From NCBI RefSeq assembly GCF_006345805.1, contig NW_021827317.1, positions 1-10,847 on the forward strand: 10,847 nucleotides of DNA. Reading direction: 5' to 3'. Below, piece by piece: positions 6,761-10,847 of this stretch; within the stretch, counting starts at the first letter, position 1; each line of letters opens with the position of its first letter. The position numbers and the translations under genes are program-made. This DNA is from Octopus sinensis. Its lineage: Eukaryota. The notes beneath the pieces were generated by a model. That model had not been told where the DNA came from, ran no database searches, and saw only the letters and a list, made by a program, of their open reading frames with translations.

Positions 6761-7055
6761 TCATCTTACGATAAAAAGCGGTACCAGAATTTGGCTATTG
6801 GGGTCGAATATAACAAACTACACCAGATCGTTGTTAGAATATGTGTATAAATGCAGTGGAGTCCAAGTCTGCAAGTTTTTTCTGTCATCGAGTCGTATTA
6901 GTTGCAATCATGAAATCAAACTACATAGATATATTTTGAGATACATTAATACGAACGTTTCAGGGTTGTGCAATATATAATAGCAAATGCATCCAATACG
7001 TAAACCTTCCTCAGTTGAAGCATTTCAAAAATATGAAGAAATTGATGGAAATATT

Positions 7056-7286
7056 CTTTTCTACATTAGGCACAAAGCCCGAAACTTTTGGGGAGGGAGC
7101 CAGTCGATTAGATCGAACCCCAGTACGCAACTGGTACTTAATTTATCGAAAGCGAAAGGATGAATGGCAAAGTCAACCTCGGCGAAATTTAAATGTTGAA
7201 GTGAGTCAAACTCAGAACGAAAAGACAAACGAAATACTGCTAAGCATTTCACCCGGCGTGTAACATTTCTGCCAGCTCGCCGCCTT
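7056..7286 (-). mobile_element. Full-length SINE family 1 (tail B) with a perfect 17-bp TSD
   Basis: AAATTGATGGAAATATT at 7039-7055 and 7287-7303. rc head AAGGCGGCGAGCTGGCAGAAATGTTACAC. The B-box region is interrupted by an insertion of about 17 nt. Confidence 0.93.
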
Positions 7287-8313
7287 AAATTGATGGAAAT
7301 ATTTCAATATAAGTGTGGTTAAAACAGTAAGTCCGCTACTAAGTTAAAGAGATAGATATGGTTACGGAGGTTCTGAGACAGAAGAGAGACAGAAGAAAAG
7401 ACAAGGAGGAGAGAAAGAAATGAAATTGGGGAGAAGGAAGATGAAGCACGAATAAATAGTATTGAAATCAAACAGGATGGTTATGTTTGCTTGAACACAA
7501 AGTCTAAGAAAAGCAATGAAAAGTAGTTGACAGAGACGGTCAAGAATTTGAAGGAGAATCTGGAGATGAAATGAACCAGGGGTCACGGTAAGGTTAAGAG
7601 TTTAAGAAGTGAATGGAATTAGTAGTATATGGCCATGAATATGTGGTGTCAAGATGGACTTTCACTATATATATATATTATATCACGGTTTCGTCTCGAA
7701 TTACTTCAGTCTATTTTCGTATATCTATTTCCGTATTGCTTGTTCATCCATTTATTGTTTCTCTGTCTCGTTTTCTTATGCTTTTGTCCTATTCCCAACG
7801 AGTTTTTTGCCGGTGCCTCAAGAGTGGAAGCAATATTATTGATAATAGCACGAAATTGCATTTGACCCGCTGGCCGATATCTGATGAAGACTGGGTGACC
7901 TATGTTTGTTTATCCGTCCGTCTGTGCCTTGACTATATTTTTCCACTTGAAATTTTGTGTCTGTTTTCCATCCCTTTGGGAATTTACTTTCCGTTTTTTG
8001 TGTTTTTGCTAAATATTCCGTTTGTTGTGTTCTTTTTATTTAATCCTGAATATGTACTGAATATAATTCGGGTTGGTCATTGTATTTCAGGAAGTTCATT
8101 TTTTCCTTTTTGCCAAATAAACACACGTGCTATATATTCTTTCTTCACTTGTTCATTGTTTTCATTCTAACTCATGTCCGTTTTCCGGAAGTCTTTCGGC
8201 ACACTGCTGTGACCTCTTCGGCGACATTTCCTGTCTTCGTGTGTGCTCTTGCTCCCCTTACTCCATTCTCTGAGAACACACTAAACAAGCAAGTGTCACT
8301 GAAGAGATCAAAT

Positions 8314-8334
8314 ACGTGTGTGTGTATGTATGCG

Positions 8335-8375
<41 letters not shown>

Positions 8376-8407
8376 TATATATACAGAGAGAGATATAGAT
8401 AGATAGG

Positions 8408-8456
<49 letters not shown>

Positions 8457-8490
8457 TATAGATATCATTACTACATATATGTATATATAA
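8314..8490. repeat. Compound (TG)n/(TA)n/(GATA)n microsatellite
   Basis: Directly visible. Confidence 0.95.
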
Positions 8491-8491
8491 A

Positions 8492-8723
8492 GTGGAGTCG
8501 CGTGAGTTGGGGGTTAGGGTGTCAGCATCATGATCGTAAGATTGTGGTTTCGATTCCTGGACCGGGCGACGCCTTGTTTCCTTGAGCAAAACACTTCATT
8601 TCATGTTGCTCCAGTCCACTCAACTGGCAAAAAGGAGTAACGCTGCGATGGAGCACATGAGCCATTGAAACCGGGAAACCGGGCCCATGAGTTTGGCTAG
8701 GCTTTAAAAGTGCGCATTTGTTT
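8492..8723 (+). mobile_element. tRNA-derived SINE with a CORE-like centre and a family-2-type tail
   Basis: B-box GGTTTCGATTCC (8546-8557). CORE-like CCTTGAGCAAAACACTTCATTTCATGTTGCTCCAGTCCACTCAACTGGCAAAAA. Tail GAAACCGGGAAACCGGGCCCATGAG...TGGCTAGGCTT matches the rc of 1540-1580. Confidence 0.85.
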
Positions 8724-8740
8724 ATTATATATATATATAT

Positions 8741-8780
<40 letters not shown>
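8724..8780. repeat. (TA)n-(TG)n microsatellite
   Basis: Directly visible. Confidence 0.95.
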
Positions 8781-8783
<3 letters not shown>

Positions 8784-9022
8784 CCGTTCCAGTTGATCTG
8801 ATCAACGAAGCAGCATGCATGTATACTTAAGGAAGTTCTCAGGGTGGTTCCGCATGAAAGAAACAAGGCTGGCTCTTTGAAATACAGATACTACTACTTT
8901 TTGCCAGCTGAGATAACTGGATCAACGTGAAATAAAGACCCTTGATCAAGTATACAAGAGGCCGACAGGAATTGAACTGACATTAAGCGGAATACCATAA
9001 CCACTACGCCACGTGATTTCAC
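8781..9022 (-). mobile_element. SINE family 3 copy, diverged and internally deleted
   Basis: rc head GTGAAATCACGTGGCGTAGTGGTTA, B-box AGTTCAATTCC, CORE-like TTTATTTCACGTTGATCCAG...CAGCTGGCAAAAA, tail CGTTGATCAGATCAACTGGAAC (as in 4248-4553). Confidence 0.75.
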
Positions 9023-9035
9023 ACTCATGCACAAA

Positions 9036-9098
9036 CTCTTATATATAAATATAGATACTTACACGTATAAATATTTACATGATTGTGTTTGTATATAT

Positions 9099-9149
<51 letters not shown>

Positions 9150-9446
9150 CATACATGTATATGTATAAATATATATACATGTATATGTATATATATATAT
9201 GTATATATGCATATATATATATATATATATAATATATATTATATATATAAATATATTTTATATGTATACATATATATATATACATATATATACATATATA
9301 TGCATGTATATGTGTATATATATGCATATTATATATATATATATTATATATATATCTATATTAATATATAATATATACATATATATATATACAAATATAC
9401 ATACGTATATGCATGCATACATACAAATATATGCATATATATATAT

Positions 9447-9486
<40 letters not shown>

Positions 9487-9500
9487 GGTGTATGTATTAA
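9036..9500. repeat. Long degenerate (TA)n/(CA)n/(TG)n field
   Basis: Directly visible. Confidence 0.95.
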
Positions 9501-9919
9501 TACATAAGCGCATCTTTCAATTCCAATTACGAGAAACAAGCGCCGTTAAAAGAGTGGCTCGATCAACAGAAATTAACCTGTCCTTTATGGGAAAACAGAC
9601 TAATTCCAGGAAAGAAATTTTATCTAAATTGGTAGCTACTAAAAAAAATATTCCAAGAATGCAACAGTGGAAAGCTATTACACATAAAGGCTTCTTTTCT
9701 CGAAATAATTGTTTTCATTTAATACAGCGGATTCTACGTCAATTTAATATGAACGAGATGTTGCTTGTAGGTAATACTGTACGTCTCTGTAGAAACAGTG
9801 ACGAGCACAGTTTGGTCACGCAAAAATCCTATTTTTGCTTGATCAATTCTATTTGAAAACTTATTTTTCTTCCAGGAAAATGATATATAATTTGAGAATT
9901 CTATAATATGAGATTTCTT

Positions 9920-10311
9920 CTTGCTAACCAACCACATGGTTCCGGGTTCAGTCCCACTGCGTGGCATCTTGGGCAAGTGTCTTCTGCTATAGCCCCGGGC
10001 CGACCAATGCCTTGTGAGTGGATTTGGTAGACGGAAACTGAAAGAAGCCTGTCGTATATATGTATATATATATATATGTGTGTGTGTATGTTTGTGTGTC
10101 TGTGTTTTACCCCTAGCATTGCTTGACAACCGATGCTGGTGTGTTTACATCCCCGTCACTTAGCGGTTCGGCAAAAGAGACCGATAGAATAAGTGTTGGG
10201 CTTACAAAGAATAAGTCCCGGGGTCGATTTGCTCCTCGACTAAAGGCGGTGCTCCAGCATGGCCGCAGTCAAATGACTGAAACAAGTAAAAGAGTAAAGA
10301 GTAAAAGAGTA
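9920..10311 (+). mobile_element. tRNA-derived SINE family 4, 5'-truncated, with an internal (TA)/(TG) microsatellite and an (AGTAAAAG)n tail
   Basis: B-box GGGTTCAGTCCC (9944-9955) and CORE-like CTTGGGCAAGTGTCTTCT. The 3' end GGCGGTGCTCCAGCATGGCCGCAGTCAAATGACTGAAACA is followed by AGTAAAAG-AGTAAAG-AGTAAAAG-AGTA. The A-box is missing. Confidence 0.9.
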
Positions 10312-10847
10312 TATACATTTTATCAAAATCTGAAACTTGTGTATCATGTTAAGTCCTTCCAATCACCCTCGTATTTCTACCCATCCAAAATATTTGTTCC
10401 GTATTTGTTTCTGACTGCTGAACGGTAACGCTCGTTCTAGTTCAATGCCTTGGAGCGCTATAACTCGATTTACATTGAAAATGATACAGACATGGAGAGG
10501 ATATTTTTTTGTTTTATTTAGAAATAAAAAATCAATGGGTATAGGTCAGATAATCGTTATTAAACATAAAACTATATATTTATTCGGACTTCGATCTCCA
10601 AAAGTTGTTAAAACAGCGAGAGGAAATAAACAACATTTAATCGTTTACTGCCATTTTTAATAGCCCATTAAAATTTTATTGAAATGGTATCGTGTTCCAA
10701 ATTTCGGTATTATTTAGCCTACACCTAGTACAAATGCGCCAAAACTCAAGTCAACGTGGCTTATACTTTTAAATTTACCTAGGTTTGAAAACACATGGTA
10801 AGCTTACTCTCACGTAGCAAAGTCGACTGTTTGTTTCATGTAGGAAA

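Noticed and set aside
6765-6815. Possible family-1 SINE fragment (GATAAAAAGCGGTACCAG...TGGGGTCGAATATA)
   Set aside because: Too short and diverged to call with confidence.
7881-7887. CTGATGA (and CTGAAGA near 8298) as possible further hammerhead cores
   Set aside because: No downstream GAAA-helix III-UH arrangement and no helix I pairing.
7613-8170. 185-aa hydrophobic ORF on + resembling a membrane protein
   Set aside because: The F/L/I/S richness follows from T-rich composition. There is no recognisable family or splice context.
4101-9539. Many 60-180 aa ORFs rich in Y/I/C/V/H/T (e.g. 4101-4631, 4507-4851, 5751-6170, 8172-8589, 9025-9539)
   Set aside because: These are translations of (TA)n, (TG)n and (GATA)n microsatellites, which lack stop codons in some frames. 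They have no protein-like content.
9413-9856. 147-aa ORF, with about 115 codons outside the microsatellite, and a splice-acceptor-like TTATTTTTCTTCCAG at 9861-9875
   Set aside because: The start lies inside a microsatellite, the peptide is unrecognisable, and all frames after the acceptor stop within 10 codons. A blastp or RNA-seq hit would be needed to revive it.

Overview
Non-coding, repeat-saturated eukaryotic DNA. The SINE families and the (TA)n/(GT)n/(GATA)n microsatellite load look like an Octopus (cephalopod) intron or intergenic region; this is recognition from memory, not a database hit. No protein-coding gene is supported, and most listed ORFs are translated microsatellites or SINEs. 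About 15 copies or fragments of at least four tRNA-derived SINE families are present. They include a nested insertion with a target-site duplication (TSD), head-to-tail multimers, and a full-length copy with a perfect 17-bp TSD. The main unexplained signal is a cluster of four type I hammerhead ribozyme (HHR) motifs within 1.6 kb (4816-4901 minus, 5217-5283 plus, 6278-6330 minus, 6334-6386 plus). Each lies in a short unique block wedged between (TA)n arrays. All have a GUA cleavage triplet and a helix III loop with a palindromic core, as described for Penelope-like element (PLE) hammerheads. The last two form a perfect 63-bp-arm palindrome with a 3-nt spacer, giving two divergent ribozymes. 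A 134-bp MITE-like hairpin lies next to it.
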